A stretch of 64,000 nt of DNA from Candidatus Poribacteria bacterium (lineage in GTDB: Bacteria; Poribacteria; WGA-4E; WGA-3G): the NCBI GenBank assembly GCA_964291315.2, contig OZ219753.1:384001-448000 (forward strand). Direction: 5' to 3'. Shown one piece after another: positions 48,199-60,708 of the stretch (position 1 is its first letter; every line of letters starts with the position of its first letter). The notes beneath the pieces were generated by a model. That model was not told the DNA's origin, made no database searches, and saw only the letters and a program-made list of their open reading frames with translations. Made by a program: the position numbers and the translations under genes.

Positions 48199-49110
48199 CT
48201 ATGAGGATTGATCTGCAACGCTCTCGGAAACTAATTTTTTAAACTGCAGACGTTGTTTTTCCGTCAACGTGAGCGGAATAATATCAGTAACACCGACAGA
48301 TCCGATTTTCGCTGGAACATTCAGATAAATCGATGCCGATCCTGCCGATACACGGGCTCCAACGCTCATCACTCTATTACTATCAAGCGCGATAGCTGAA
48401 ACTATCTGTAGAATATGGCTTATTAACGTATATCCACTGCCTGTCGTATACGGACAACGTTGCAGAACTGCCTCGCGGAGCCTTTCGATGTCAACATCAG
48501 ACATTAACTGGACAAGCGGAATCCCATTGACCCGGCAGTATTGTAGGAGCGGGTACGTCTCCTGATCACTCCCTATAGTCAAGGCCATTATGTCTTGCAC
48601 TGAAACTTTGATACTACTTGCAATTTCAGCTGTCAAGTGTGCAGTGGCAGCTCCGTTTCCAAGACCAATAATTTCTCTAGCACCAAGCGCTCGGTATATC
48701 CATGCAGCAATGTAATTCACAGGTGAGGCTGCTACCAATATCTTGGCATCCGAGGCACACTCCTGAATCCCCGACACAAAGCTTCGGGCAAATGCGATAC
48801 CTGTTGTTTTAGAGGCTTGAACAGAACGGAAACCGGATTGTCCCGTTGACGGTAGTAAAACAACAATGTCTGCCCCGGAGAATCCATCGAATGAATTGTA
48901 AGCGACAATTTCGGTATCACTAGCACTTAATGCGTTTGCCTCCACAAGATCGCGGAGACTCACCGGCGAAACTCCTTTTGGAGAAACAAACCGGTTTTTG
49001 TTAGATACTGTGTCAGATACAAATGCAACTTCACGCGCCATCTCTAATTGGCACAAGCCCCAGGCAACCGGGACAGCAAATTGATTGTTGCCGAATAAAG
49101 CTATTTTCAT
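48199..49110 (-). CDS. Degenerate lactate/malate dehydrogenase-like protein
   Basis: Overall LDH/MDH layout (GADIVV, ASPVN, VNGIPL, VPAKIG..GV) but lacking GxGxxG and the catalytic His. Confidence 0.6.
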   Translation of the reverse strand: MKIALFGNNQFAVPVAWGLCQLEMAREVAFVSDTVSNKNRFVSPKGVSPVSLRDLVEANALSASDTEIVAYNSFDGFSGADIVVLLPSTGQSGFRSVQASKTTGIAFARSFVSGIQECASDAKILVAASPVNYIAAWIYRALGAREIIGLGNGAATAHLTAEIASSIKVSVQDIMALTIGSDQETYPLLQYCRVNGIPLVQLMSDVDIERLREAVLQRCPYTTGSGYTLISHILQIVSAIALDSNRVMSVGARVSAGSASIYLNVPAKIGSVGVTDIIPLTLTEKQRLQFKKLVSESVADQSS

Positions 49111-49163
49111 CTATCACCTTAAAGCGGACTTACAGAAATCCAGCGGACGTTAAAAATCCCCAA

Positions 49164-51968
49164 TTATACCAAAAGTGTCTCAACAATTGCTTGAAATTGT
49201 TCCTCGAGATGTCGACGATAGTCATCGAGATCTGAATTTGCAGCGAGTTTCGTGGATATGAGTTCATCGTAACGCTCAACGTATTCCATCAAAGTTTCAA
49301 CCTCTTTTTCATAGCAGATTGCCGATGCAAGAACCTTCTCTTTGAGCAACAATGGGAGCTCAGCTGTTGTAAGCTGTGTCAATTCCCATCGCCATACTTT
49401 TTCAGAAATATAAGAGACGAACTGATTAAGCAAATCGCCTTTATAGCCTGCACTTTGCAGCGCCTTTACCTCTTGAATAAGTCCCAATACATGATTGAAG
49501 AGTTCATCGGGAAACTCTTGCCGCAATTCCATTAAAAGCTTACCTGTTGTAGAGATAGGGAGCTGATTTCGCAGGAGAAACATCCGCAAATTCGGATAAT
49601 CTTGGATCTCCTTGCTTTCGCTAAGCCATGTTTCACCTATAGCGGGCAAATCATCTACATCGAAGCTCAGGACCTGCTGCCTCCGAATCTGCTCTAGATT
49701 GGATGCCAACGGATCAAGACCAGCTGTCACTAATGTACCGATAACCTCTTCTGGTCTGTAAGGTATCAGGAACTCCATAAGTTTTTTGACTTTCTCTCTT
49801 TCTGCCTCAATAGTTTCAATGTCCCTTGCGCCACTGTTTTGCGACTGCTGTTGGTTTTGCTTCTTCCGCTTTGGTGGCGTATTCGCTAACCGGTCTATTC
49901 GTTTTTCCAACGTGTCATGATACCCTAACAATTCCTCGTAAAAAATCGCAAGAAGCGTATCTCCATGTATAGCGAGCATCGCTGGTGTCGTGATACGCGT
50001 CAATTCGTGCCCCGTTTTCGAGATAATTGCCCGATTCACGTTGCGTTCTATCGACTTTCGATCCTTTGTGGCTTGGATAATCAATGTACTACCCAATAGG
50101 AGATTAATTAACCTTTTTGTCTGATCCGGTACGCTGAGATTGATATCACAAGTCGGTTGAATATCAGTGAGGAGCCGCTCACGCAGCTTGCCATCTAGCA
50201 GTAACACCCACAAGGTCGCGTAATGTCGTTGTTCGTCTACTTTTGGCGGTACATTTCCCAACCACTGCTTTATTGTTGGCAGCTGCAGCTTCATGTGATT
50301 AAGAAGTTTTTCAAAATCATCATCCGGGATATCAAAACCGGCAAAATTGGCAGGACCGCTATGAGGTTGCGTCTGGTGATTTCGGCGTTGCGTCTGTCTG
50401 TCTGTTTTTGCAGCTAATAGGAGATCCGTCAGCGGTTGGATAACATCTTCAAAATTTTGTCCGCCTTGGCTTGCAAAATTCGCAAGCTCCAGCAATTCTA
50501 ACCAAATGGTGCTAAGTCGTTCAATTTGCGGAGCATGTAAAGTTGAACGGAGAGCGATGCCAGCCATCTTTTCACGCACCGTTCCGCACGTCCATTTTGG
50601 CAAATAAACCTCTGCTAAAACCTCGTTATTTTCATAAGCTAGGAGATCAACCGGCTTAACAAGTCCCGTCTGAATAAAATTTTGCTCAAACACTAAATCA
50701 TGAAATAGACCCGTAGCTCGGTCCAAAACCTGATTCGCAAATTTATAACAGGATTGAATGAGATGATTCAACGTTAGCTGCGGGTTGTCTTGTAATTGCC
50801 AAAATTCTATCATCGGTTCAACGGCTTGTACGAGAGCATCTTTCTTCGAGCCCGCAATGTCCTCCTCAAAATATTCAGTAAGACATGTTGCATAGAATTC
50901 GGCAAAATCTAGTATCGTATTCCGCAGCTCTCCAATTACTAGATCGTCCCATACCTTATTGTGGACCCGTTGTCCGGGGCCAAGAACAAGCGCTCTCAAT
51001 CGGGTCTCCACACCTTGTTGGAACTGTGCCATCAATTGATATGCATGCTGATTGGCTTTCACAGCATACATTTCGATTTTCTTAGAACTTTCGGTGATTG
51101 CATCTTCGATTTTTTCTGCGGGGGCTTCAAACGCGATTGGAACTAACTGAAGTGTGTCGGGTTCAAGCGGATTGTAGACCGCCGCTGTGGCGATTACTTG
51201 AATAGGGACGGGTTCCTCTAGCGTATCTCTTGCCTCGCTGTCTTCGTCAGTAAAGACCTTCGAGAGGCGCGCGTGAAGTGCCAAACTGTGCCCTAAATCA
51301 GTCAAATCAGGATATTGTTTAATATGTGTGCGGAGGACCACAAGAAGTACGTTATAGTCATTCTTCAGTAGTTGCTCAAAAAGGACATCCTCATTGAGAT
51401 GGACGCGCTGAATATGGGTCTGCTCTGGAATGATAACAGTAGCCGCGGGGACCTCTTCCGTGTTATCATTATTAATCTGCGCGAGTACATAACCACCGGT
51501 CTTAATAGTACTCGGTATTGCCAAGTGCACCTTCAAAACTTCCTGAGTAAGCTCGGAAAGTGTTAAGGATTTCCCTAAATTTTGAACAGTGATGTCAGCA
51601 ACAACACCGTCAGCAAAATCTGTGATTTGGCGAGCATTTCGTTCCAGTTCTTGTATACTTCTGTGTACACGGTCATGATCATCACACGCATCCTCCGAAG
51701 TTTTCGCCTCGTCTATCCAAGAGACCCATGCCCCAGGACGCGGTCGCATTTTCACTGTGAGTTCGCCATCTTCTGAGTCGAAACCCGGTAGAATGTTACC
51801 TTCTGAAGTCTCCTTCGGGGTCCAAACAATGAGGTGTTTATCTGCCTTTAAACCAAGCCCCAAACCAAAGGTGTCTCCCCAACTCATCCGCCCCTCAATA
51901 CTAGATTTGATTTTATCAGTTAACGCAAAAAGCGCGCTTGAACGAAAATTAAGCGATAATCCTTCCAT
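49164..51968 (-). CDS. Large hypothetical protein (934 aa, mostly helical)
   Basis: Long ORF with no recognisable motif. Confidence 0.75.
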   Translation of the reverse strand: MEGLSLNFRSSALFALTDKIKSSIEGRMSWGDTFGLGLGLKADKHLIVWTPKETSEGNILPGFDSEDGELTVKMRPRPGAWVSWIDEAKTSEDACDDHDRVHRSIQELERNARQITDFADGVVADITVQNLGKSLTLSELTQEVLKVHLAIPSTIKTGGYVLAQINNDNTEEVPAATVIIPEQTHIQRVHLNEDVLFEQLLKNDYNVLLVVLRTHIKQYPDLTDLGHSLALHARLSKVFTDEDSEARDTLEEPVPIQVIATAAVYNPLEPDTLQLVPIAFEAPAEKIEDAITESSKKIEMYAVKANQHAYQLMAQFQQGVETRLRALVLGPGQRVHNKVWDDLVIGELRNTILDFAEFYATCLTEYFEEDIAGSKKDALVQAVEPMIEFWQLQDNPQLTLNHLIQSCYKFANQVLDRATGLFHDLVFEQNFIQTGLVKPVDLLAYENNEVLAEVYLPKWTCGTVREKMAGIALRSTLHAPQIERLSTIWLELLELANFASQGGQNFEDVIQPLTDLLLAAKTDRQTQRRNHQTQPHSGPANFAGFDIPDDDFEKLLNHMKLQLPTIKQWLGNVPPKVDEQRHYATLWVLLLDGKLRERLLTDIQPTCDINLSVPDQTKRLINLLLGSTLIIQATKDRKSIERNVNRAIISKTGHELTRITTPAMLAIHGDTLLAIFYEELLGYHDTLEKRIDRLANTPPKRKKQNQQQSQNSGARDIETIEAEREKVKKLMEFLIPYRPEEVIGTLVTAGLDPLASNLEQIRRQQVLSFDVDDLPAIGETWLSESKEIQDYPNLRMFLLRNQLPISTTGKLLMELRQEFPDELFNHVLGLIQEVKALQSAGYKGDLLNQFVSYISEKVWRWELTQLTTAELPLLLKEKVLASAICYEKEVETLMEYVERYDELISTKLAANSDLDDYRRHLEEQFQAIVETLLV

Positions 51969-52427
51969 TAGGTCGATTTAATCATCTGCCTTTCAAATAA
52001 AATTAGGCAATAAGTTTGTGAATAACTGGAACATATACAAAGAATGCATTCATTCTAAAACCATTACGTCCAGTCAAGTAATTAATATCCTCTATCAACG
52101 AGATCGAGTCAGATTCCGATGTGAGTCGTGCCAATATTGCTTCCCTTTCACAAAAACTAACTTAAACCTTTAGAGTCGGTACACCATGGATCTGCCATGG
52201 ATCGCACTATTGGGAACGTCTCTCCAAATACTTTCGATAGATATTATCCCGTCGACAACGTCGCGAGGATAGTTTCTATTCATATATGTTAACACATATC
52301 GAAGGGGAAAAGCAAGTAAAATGCCATGGTGTCTGCCTATAGCTGCCATTGTCCGAGTAGCAGTTTTGGCAGGGAAATATGATAAGATCGATAAAACTAA
52401 ACGGCAGCATATAGGGAGCCGCGAAGA

Positions 52428-52982
52428 TCACGAAATTTCAAGCCCCCAAGCATCCCAGCCTTGGTGTTGTCTCCGGGCAAACAGTTCAATTTTACATTGA
52501 GTAGGAAACATTTCCTCAATCCGTTGACGCACAATATCTGGTTTTTCCGAGTGGCGTGTTCGTTTTGCCTGAACGAGTTGTCTAATGTTTCTTGCCCCTC
52601 GCGGTTGTGGAATTCTACCACGCTTGAAAACGAGGCATAATTCACATTGGCTCATTGTGTAGAAACCCGGATTTACACGTCCTTTGTCCCACACAAAAGC
52701 AACAGTTACCCAGCGGAATCCCCACGCCTTGCCAAGCTGGATTGCTTGATCCAGATGTGGCGATGAGCTCCACATGAAAAGCAAGCAGTTCTCTTCACTA
52801 ATTGCAGTAACATTCCATCTTTCCATTTCTGATACCGGCACGGTTGGATAATGTCGGATTGCACCACCAGTATCTGTTCCGCCACTCCCTGTATGTTGGA
52901 GCTGGCCTTTGTAGTCCCACGGTGGATCCGCATAGATAATGCTGTACTTTTTATTCGGAAAGGGAGTGTAAGATTCCATCAA
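52428..52982 (-). CDS. MT-A70 family adenine methyltransferase
   Basis: IIYADPPW, LFMW, AWGF, HSEKP, IELFAR, GWDAWG. Confidence 0.9.
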   Translation of the reverse strand: MMESYTPFPNKKYSIIYADPPWDYKGQLQHTGSGGTDTGGAIRHYPTVPVSEMERWNVTAISEENCLLFMWSSSPHLDQAIQLGKAWGFRWVTVAFVWDKGRVNPGFYTMSQCELCLVFKRGRIPQPRGARNIRQLVQAKRTRHSEKPDIVRQRIEEMFPTQCKIELFARRQHQGWDAWGLEIS

Positions 52983-52999
52983 TTCGCTGGAAAAATGCC

Positions 53000-53605
53000 C
53001 TATCGTGCTTCAACACTAAGTCCTTCTTGCGGGATGTTGTTGTTCGCGACAAGCATATCTCTATCAAAAATGAAGTCGCTGCGGGAACTGCCAAGAATTT
53101 CTCCCTCTTTTTGGCGTTCACGGAAATATTGGGGGAGTGTTAAACCTGTCATCCGAATCGCATCCTCAGGGCAAGCTTCAACACAATACCCACAAAAAAT
53201 GCAACGGAGCATATTGATCTCAAAGACTTCCGGATACTTTTCGCGCTGATAACCTTCCTTAGTTTTCCAGCCTTCTGGTGCAGGGGCTGCTTGGATAGTG
53301 ATACAGTCGGCGGGACAAGCGGTTGCACACAAGAAACACGCAACACACTTAATTTCGTCCTTCCCGGCCGTCGTCAGTTTGTGAATGCCGCGATACCGAT
53401 CGTTACGTTCATCTACACTCCGCGGATCTTCTGGATATTGGTAAGTTAACTTCTTCTTCGGGAGATGTTTTAACGTGGTAAACAACCCCTTAATTAAGGC
53501 TGGGATATAGAGTCTATCCCAAAAAGACATTTCTTTGCTAACTTTCATCAAAAACTTCCTTTCTATGTTGGGACGAGTCCCTATTACATCCTGCGTTACC
53601 GACAC
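53000..53605 (-). CDS. nuoI: NADH-quinone oxidoreductase subunit I (2x[4Fe-4S])
   Basis: TYQYPE, CVACFLCATACP, CIFCGYCVEACP. Confidence 0.88.
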   Translation of the reverse strand: MSVTQDVIGTRPNIERKFLMKVSKEMSFWDRLYIPALIKGLFTTLKHLPKKKLTYQYPEDPRSVDERNDRYRGIHKLTTAGKDEIKCVACFLCATACPADCITIQAAPAPEGWKTKEGYQREKYPEVFEINMLRCIFCGYCVEACPEDAIRMTGLTLPQYFRERQKEGEILGSSRSDFIFDRDMLVANNNIPQEGLSVEAR

Positions 53606-53634
53606 ATCACTTCTCTAGGTGCATGGAAAAATAA

Positions 53635-55191
<1,557 letters not shown>

Positions 55192-55263
55192 TTAAGAGCA
55201 GCGTTATGGGACCCTTACATTGAACATTCACACTGAAAAAAGTATTACCCTCCAATTTTACAT

Positions 55264-55292
55264 ATTATAGCATTTTTCACTGCTTATGTCAA
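55264..55292 (-). promoter_or_regulatory. Consensus sigma70 promoter upstream of guaB-like gene
   Basis: TTGACA-17-TATAAT with TG extension. Confidence 0.75.
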
Positions 55293-55560
55293 GAACTTTG
55301 TTACGGAAGCCGGAAGAAAGGGTGAGCTATTTTTGCAGATACGCCCCTAAATGAGACTTACGATATGTCATAAACGGTTTCGGGAGATGCAGCCGACATT
55401 TCTCTATAATTTATTAATATAATATACGAAATCCAAAATTATATCAACCTTTTTTTTTCTGAAAATCCCAGCCTGTGATATAATAGGTCCGTTAGAACTT
55501 TTCAATACAGGTTTGATGAGCCATTTTCACCAATAGGTACAGGATTCAAAGGAGCCACTA

Positions 55561-56604
55561 ATGGATAATCTAAATGTTGGAATAGTCGGACTCGGTTGGG
55601 TAGCCGGCGCTCATATTAAGGCTTTCAAAAATGTGACAGGCGCGGATGTCACTGCCATTTCTTCACGCCGCGAACATGATGAAGCTGTGTTGGCAGAAAC
55701 ATACGGGACACCGCTTAAAGCTTATACAGATTTCGACAAAATGCTCGCCAATCCCGACGTGCATATCATTGATATTTGTACACCACACCCATTTCACGCT
55801 GAACAGGCCATCGCTGCTGCACAAGCCGGTAAACATCTCATCATAGAAAAACCGATCTGCCTTACCTATGACGACGCGAAAGCCATCCGTGATGCAGTCA
55901 AGAGCAATGGGGTTAACGTTTGTGTCTGTTTTGAGTGCCGATATAGTACACATTTCACGATGATCCGTTCCGTCATTGATAACGGCCTGCTCGGGGATCT
56001 TCACTACGCTGAAGTAGATTACTATCATGGCATCGGACCTTGGTACGGACAATACGAATGGAACATCAAAAAAGACTTTGGAGGCAGCTCCTTACTTACA
56101 GCAGGATGCCACGCCCTTGATGCTCTCCTCTTTTTCATGGATGGAAAGGTCGAAGAAGTCACCAGCTATCACACACAATCCACTAGCACAGTCTTTCAAC
56201 CGTACGAATATAAGACGACAAGCGTGAGTCTTCTCAAGTTTGAAGGGGGCGGGAAAATCGGCAAAGTTACCGCCTGTGTCGACTGCTTGCAGCCCTACTA
56301 CTTCCACATCCATCTTGTTGGAAGTGAAGGCAGCTTACTCGATAACCGAATCTATTCGGCAAAACTCAAAGGAATGGATAAAAGTAAGTGGAGTACGCTT
56401 GAAACTTCGCTCATCGACTCAGGTGACGTTAGCGATCATCCGTATGAACCGCAATTCCAAGCGTTTGTAGATAGCATTACCGAGAACAAAGCGATGCCTT
56501 TGACCGATTTTGATACTGCGTTTGAATCACATCGCGTCGTCTTCGCCGCAGACATGTCCTCGGAAGCCGGCGGACGTTCAGTCAAGATGAGCGAGCTCAT
56601 ATAA
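55561..56604 (+). CDS. Gfo/Idh/MocA oxidoreductase
   Basis: GIVGLG, ICTP..H, IEKP, GCHALD. Confidence 0.9.
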   Translation: MDNLNVGIVGLGWVAGAHIKAFKNVTGADVTAISSRREHDEAVLAETYGTPLKAYTDFDKMLANPDVHIIDICTPHPFHAEQAIAAAQAGKHLIIEKPICLTYDDAKAIRDAVKSNGVNVCVCFECRYSTHFTMIRSVIDNGLLGDLHYAEVDYYHGIGPWYGQYEWNIKKDFGGSSLLTAGCHALDALLFFMDGKVEEVTSYHTQSTSTVFQPYEYKTTSVSLLKFEGGGKIGKVTACVDCLQPYYFHIHLVGSEGSLLDNRIYSAKLKGMDKSKWSTLETSLIDSGDVSDHPYEPQFQAFVDSITENKAMPLTDFDTAFESHRVVFAADMSSEAGGRSVKMSELI

Positions 56605-56605
56605 A

Positions 56606-57190
56606 TCACCAACGCATTGCTGCCTCGCGATAGAGCTGAATCTGATCCATATTGCGAGGCACCGCAACTTGCACAGATTTCCGTTTTCCATTCACATCTC
56701 TGAGCACAATCGGTGCACGAAGCAGGTTGGTCATTGTGACAATACCGGAGCGGTAGAAAACCCACATCTGTTGTTCTGTGTAAGGGTTAAGAACATACTC
56801 ATAAGTATATTCAGCTGGATGGCTACCCAAGTTAACAAAGAGATCATGCTGTGGATACGCGAGCTCAACAGTTGTATCGTGTCCTTGTAAAAACAACTTT
56901 TCAGGCGGGGGTTTGGGCGAATACCCGCTGAGTTTACAATTGCATATTCGAATCGGCGCGCTTGATTTGTTAATCAGATGCAAGGACACAATGATGGCAA
57001 GGCGATGGTCATCGTCGCGGTTTATAAACCACGTATCTTCAGGGATAACCTCTACTGTCAACCCCGGAATCTGTTTTTTTCTGTTATAGACGATCGCTAA
57101 TGTTACAAAACTGATTAAACCGAGGAGCACCCATTGTCCGGTTGGAGTGGTTAAGAATTGAAGGAGTTGTTTTAAGGCTTGTTGTAGCAC
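56606..57190 (-). CDS. Hypothetical membrane-anchored protein
   Basis: N-terminal TM helix, beta-rich domain; overlaps tsaC end. Confidence 0.6.
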   Translation of the reverse strand: MLQQALKQLLQFLTTPTGQWVLLGLISFVTLAIVYNRKKQIPGLTVEVIPEDTWFINRDDDHRLAIIVSLHLINKSSAPIRICNCKLSGYSPKPPPEKLFLQGHDTTVELAYPQHDLFVNLGSHPAEYTYEYVLNPYTEQQMWVFYRSGIVTMTNLLRAPIVLRDVNGKRKSVQVAVPRNMDQIQLYREAAMRW

Positions 57191-57783
57191 ATGAACTCCT
57201 TGGTGAGCGTTTCTTCCGAGATCACACCGTGCCTGCGGATCACTGGTGGGGAGACAGAAATATCATGTACTGTAGAGGGAATCGGCCCCGGTGTTTTTCC
57301 GCCGTCAACAATCAAGTCAATTCGTGATGCAAGCTCTCTATTGATTTCTTGCATGCAGGTGGCAGGCGATTCACCTGAGAAATTCGCGCTTGTTACCGCT
57401 GCCGGACCACCAAACGTTCGGAGGATTCGCAGAAGCAATGGGTTATCAGCCATACGGACCCCGACAGTGTCGCCGCCCCCAGTCAATACCGGAAGCAGGT
57501 CTTTCGCCTCGACAACAATTGTTAAACCCCCAGGCCAGTAACGGTCTACAAGATGAAAAAAGAACCCTGGCAAGTTTTGGGCAACATGCCCGATGTCGGC
57601 GACCGAGCTAAGCAGGAGTGGAATCGGCCTGCCCAGCGGGCGGTCTTTCACAGTGTATAGTCTTTGCACAGCATCCGCGTTAAACGGATCTGCCGCTAAA
57701 CCGTAAACTGTATCGGTGGGAACAGCGACGAGACCTCCTGATTTTAAGCAATTTGCGGCTTCAACGCACACATCAGATTCCAA
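57172..57783 (-). CDS. tsaC: L-threonylcarbamoyladenylate synthase (TsaC/Sua5)
   Basis: PTDTVYGL, K.RP, WPGGLT, TSANFSG, PST. Confidence 0.92.
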   Translation of the reverse strand: MESDVCVEAANCLKSGGLVAVPTDTVYGLAADPFNADAVQRLYTVKDRPLGRPIPLLLSSVADIGHVAQNLPGFFFHLVDRYWPGGLTIVVEAKDLLPVLTGGGDTVGVRMADNPLLLRILRTFGGPAAVTSANFSGESPATCMQEINRELASRIDLIVDGGKTPGPIPSTVHDISVSPPVIRRHGVISEETLTKEFMCYNKP

Positions 57784-57798
57784 AACCCCTCTCCTCCT

Positions 57799-58854
57799 CT
57801 AGACATCCACAATAGAACCGTTCGCAGCAGCATTCAGAGAAAGACCATCCCGCAATCCCTGATGATACTTCTGATAGGCAATACCGGCGATCATTGCACC
57901 ATTATCTGTACACAGGCTCATTGGTGGATAGTAGACTTCAGCGCCGATCTCTGCAACTGCGGTTTTTAGTGAGGCGCGAAGTTGACTGTTTGCAGCGACA
58001 CCGCCCGTTAATGTCACAGCGTCGGCACCTGTGGATTTTGCCGCACGAATCGACTTGTAAACCAGAACATCTACAACGGCAGCTTGAAAACTAGCCGCAA
58101 CATCTTCAAGCGTTATCTTACCTGCATATATATCGTTCGTATCTTTTGATGCCGCTTCTAAAAGGGACCCGGCACGCCGTGCCTTTTCCACGAAGTAACG
58201 CACTGAGGTTTTGATCCCGCTAAAACTAAATTGATAGTTATCGCTGTTCCGCATCGGTCTCGGGAATTTGATCGCTGTTGGGTTGCCCTTTTGCGCCAAT
58301 TCATCGATGACTTTACCCCCCGGAAAACCGAGCCCAAGGTACTTCGCAACCTTATCGTAGACTTCGCCAGCGGCATCGTCTTGTGTGCTTCCCAATACCT
58401 TATATTGCCATCCTTCCTGAACTTCTACAAGTAAGGTATGCCCTCCAGAAACCGTGAGACAGATATGCGGAAAGGGCAGAGCATCATGTACCATAAAATT
58501 GGCGTAGATATGTCCTTCAATGTGGTTAATACCGAGCAGAGGCAGGTTGTGGCAATACGCCAGACTTTTTGCGGCTGCCACGCCAATCAGTAACGCTCCG
58601 ATTAAACCCGGGCGGTTGGTTACTGCTATTGCTTCCAGGTCTTTAAATGTGGTATCCGCCTCTGCCAATGCCCGATGAACAATGTAGTTAATGGATTCAA
58701 TGTGTTTGCGCGATGCGAGCTCTGGTACAACCCCGCCGTATTCTTGGTGTACCTCAATTTGTGAGGCGACAACGTTAGAAAGCACTTCCCTGCCGTCAGC
58801 AACAACCGCAGCAGCTGTCTCATCACATGAGGTATCAATACCGAGTATTTTCAT
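57799..58854 (-). CDS. tsaD: t6A synthesis protein TsaD
   Basis: IDTSCDET, GGVVPELASR, HIEGH, SGGHT, CTDNGAMIA. Confidence 0.96.
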   Translation of the reverse strand: MKILGIDTSCDETAAAVVADGREVLSNVVASQIEVHQEYGGVVPELASRKHIESINYIVHRALAEADTTFKDLEAIAVTNRPGLIGALLIGVAAAKSLAYCHNLPLLGINHIEGHIYANFMVHDALPFPHICLTVSGGHTLLVEVQEGWQYKVLGSTQDDAAGEVYDKVAKYLGLGFPGGKVIDELAQKGNPTAIKFPRPMRNSDNYQFSFSGIKTSVRYFVEKARRAGSLLEAASKDTNDIYAGKITLEDVAASFQAAVVDVLVYKSIRAAKSTGADAVTLTGGVAANSQLRASLKTAVAEIGAEVYYPPMSLCTDNGAMIAGIAYQKYHQGLRDGLSLNAAANGSIVDV

Positions 58855-58901
58855 ATCCTGCCCTGCGTCACATTAGAATGGAAATTAGACAAGTGCGATC
58901 C

Positions 58902-60584
58902 TCAAGCATCGCTATCAGCCCAAAGCCATATTTTGCAGGCATCTAGGGCGAGTTCCTTTGCTCTATTCTGGATGGCCGCTTCATTCCAATTTTCCGCTTT
59001 AGCGAGGCTTCGGTTCAATCTCAATGGACTATAGACAAAACCACCTTCAACCATGCGTTTTTTCTCCTGGAACGGACGATCACTTAGTTCTGGATTGTAT
59101 CCGGTGAGCGTCAAGTTGCCCAGAGTATGCAGATAATCCCTGTGTATTCGTTCGAAGTCTTCGCCCAATTCTTGTTGCCATTCTTCTGATAGAAATTCGT
59201 TTTGCGGCATAACATGCTCTATCGTACAGTCCTTAACATTTACTCGTTCCTTATTTTTGTAGTGCTCCAGTTTGCGTAGCAGATATCTACATCTCTTCTT
59301 ATCCTCGTAAAAGGCCTTAGTCCCCAACGCCTCTTTGAATTCAGAATCGTCTGGATATTTTTCCGAACCCTGCATGTTCCGGAAAGCTTCTTTCAGACTC
59401 TCGAGATAATTCTCTTTGTCAATTTGTCTCATCAAGGTGGCAAAAGTTTTGTTGACGTTCTTCGTTGGAATATCACATACAAACCGACGAAAGATATAAC
59501 TTTCCACCCATCGAAGAATGCACATTACCTCTGGTTTTTCAATCCTGTTTTCTGCATAATCCTCATAGACACCAAGCAGAAAGGGATAAACAACTGCAAC
59601 TTCAAGGTCTTTTATGTCTTCCAAACACTCCAGAAGTTGCGGGTCTGTTTCCGACGGTATTGCGATATCAACATATCGCTTCGCGTGAAAATAAATAGCT
59701 TTGACAGTTTCTTCTGCGTCTTCTGGACTTTTTACACGAGATGTATAATAACCCTTGAATGTGTCGTAGACTTTTCTAACAAGTGGGATTCTCTCCGTCT
59801 TTAATGTTAGATAATCCCTCATAAATCTGTCAAATAACTTCGGTTCCTTTTTAAAATATTCTTCCATAGGAAACCAGTAATCGTTGTACAACCTTGTTTG
59901 GAAGCTAATTTCTTGCCCCATTAACACATAGTTGCGGATAAGATCTGCTTGCGATAGTGGCAGTCCAGTGGAATTGAGACTCTCAAAAATTAATTGAGGG
60001 TTATCCTGATCACGGTTTAGCATAAGGTCTACGACTTTTAACTTCTGGATACCTCTATATACGATTTCGATATTGGCTTCTTTAAGGAGGCTTGCAAAAA
60101 ATTGGTAATTTTCTGCCAAAAGAGAGGAATGGTCTTCCGGTAGCTCTCTATTATCCAAAAGACGCATCATAGTATCTCTATCACGCTGACTGAGAAACTG
60201 TTTATAGCGCAGCTCTCCTTTCCAATCGTGATTGAAAAGGTACATATTTGATAGAATTTCTGGTTTTATGCCAATAGCTATCCTTTTTTCTTCGATAGTT
60301 CTGCAGAGCGCCGCAAGCAAAAGAGAAATAGTTGTCAATCTCTGTTGCCCATCAATAACGAGCAGCTTCCGTACATCTCCAAGATTTTGCGGTTCTGGCT
60401 CCATGTAGACGATGGACCCAAAAAAATGGGGAGGAGCTTCAGAATGTGCACCAACGCGCAGCACATCCTCCCACAGTTGATGACAATGTCGCTTTTTCCA
60501 ACTGTACATGCGCTGATAAATTGGAATAACAAACTGTTGTGAACCCTCTAACAATTTCAGAATAGGCGTTACCGTAGCTATCAT
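58902..60584 (-). CDS. DUF262 + DUF1524 (GmrSD-like) restriction protein
   Basis: IPIYQR.YSW, IDGQQRLTT, FESLNSTG, IEHVMPQ, GNLTL..N. Confidence 0.9.
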   Translation of the reverse strand: MIATVTPILKLLEGSQQFVIPIYQRMYSWKKRHCHQLWEDVLRVGAHSEAPPHFFGSIVYMEPEPQNLGDVRKLLVIDGQQRLTTISLLLAALCRTIEEKRIAIGIKPEILSNMYLFNHDWKGELRYKQFLSQRDRDTMMRLLDNRELPEDHSSLLAENYQFFASLLKEANIEIVYRGIQKLKVVDLMLNRDQDNPQLIFESLNSTGLPLSQADLIRNYVLMGQEISFQTRLYNDYWFPMEEYFKKEPKLFDRFMRDYLTLKTERIPLVRKVYDTFKGYYTSRVKSPEDAEETVKAIYFHAKRYVDIAIPSETDPQLLECLEDIKDLEVAVVYPFLLGVYEDYAENRIEKPEVMCILRWVESYIFRRFVCDIPTKNVNKTFATLMRQIDKENYLESLKEAFRNMQGSEKYPDDSEFKEALGTKAFYEDKKRCRYLLRKLEHYKNKERVNVKDCTIEHVMPQNEFLSEEWQQELGEDFERIHRDYLHTLGNLTLTGYNPELSDRPFQEKKRMVEGGFVYSPLRLNRSLAKAENWNEAAIQNRAKELALDACKIWLWADSDA

Positions 60585-60708
60585 TGATCCTCCTTCTCTT
60601 TATTAAATCATGAAGTTCTACCTCTATATACCAAACGCACGCAGAAAATAGAGAGTGCCTACAATTTTCGTTTGGCTGCAAACGGGCTGAAATCGGTTTT
60701 GTTGTGTG

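Noticed and set aside
52185-52203. CCATGGATC direct repeat in an intergenic gap
   Set aside because: Only two short copies, with no supporting context
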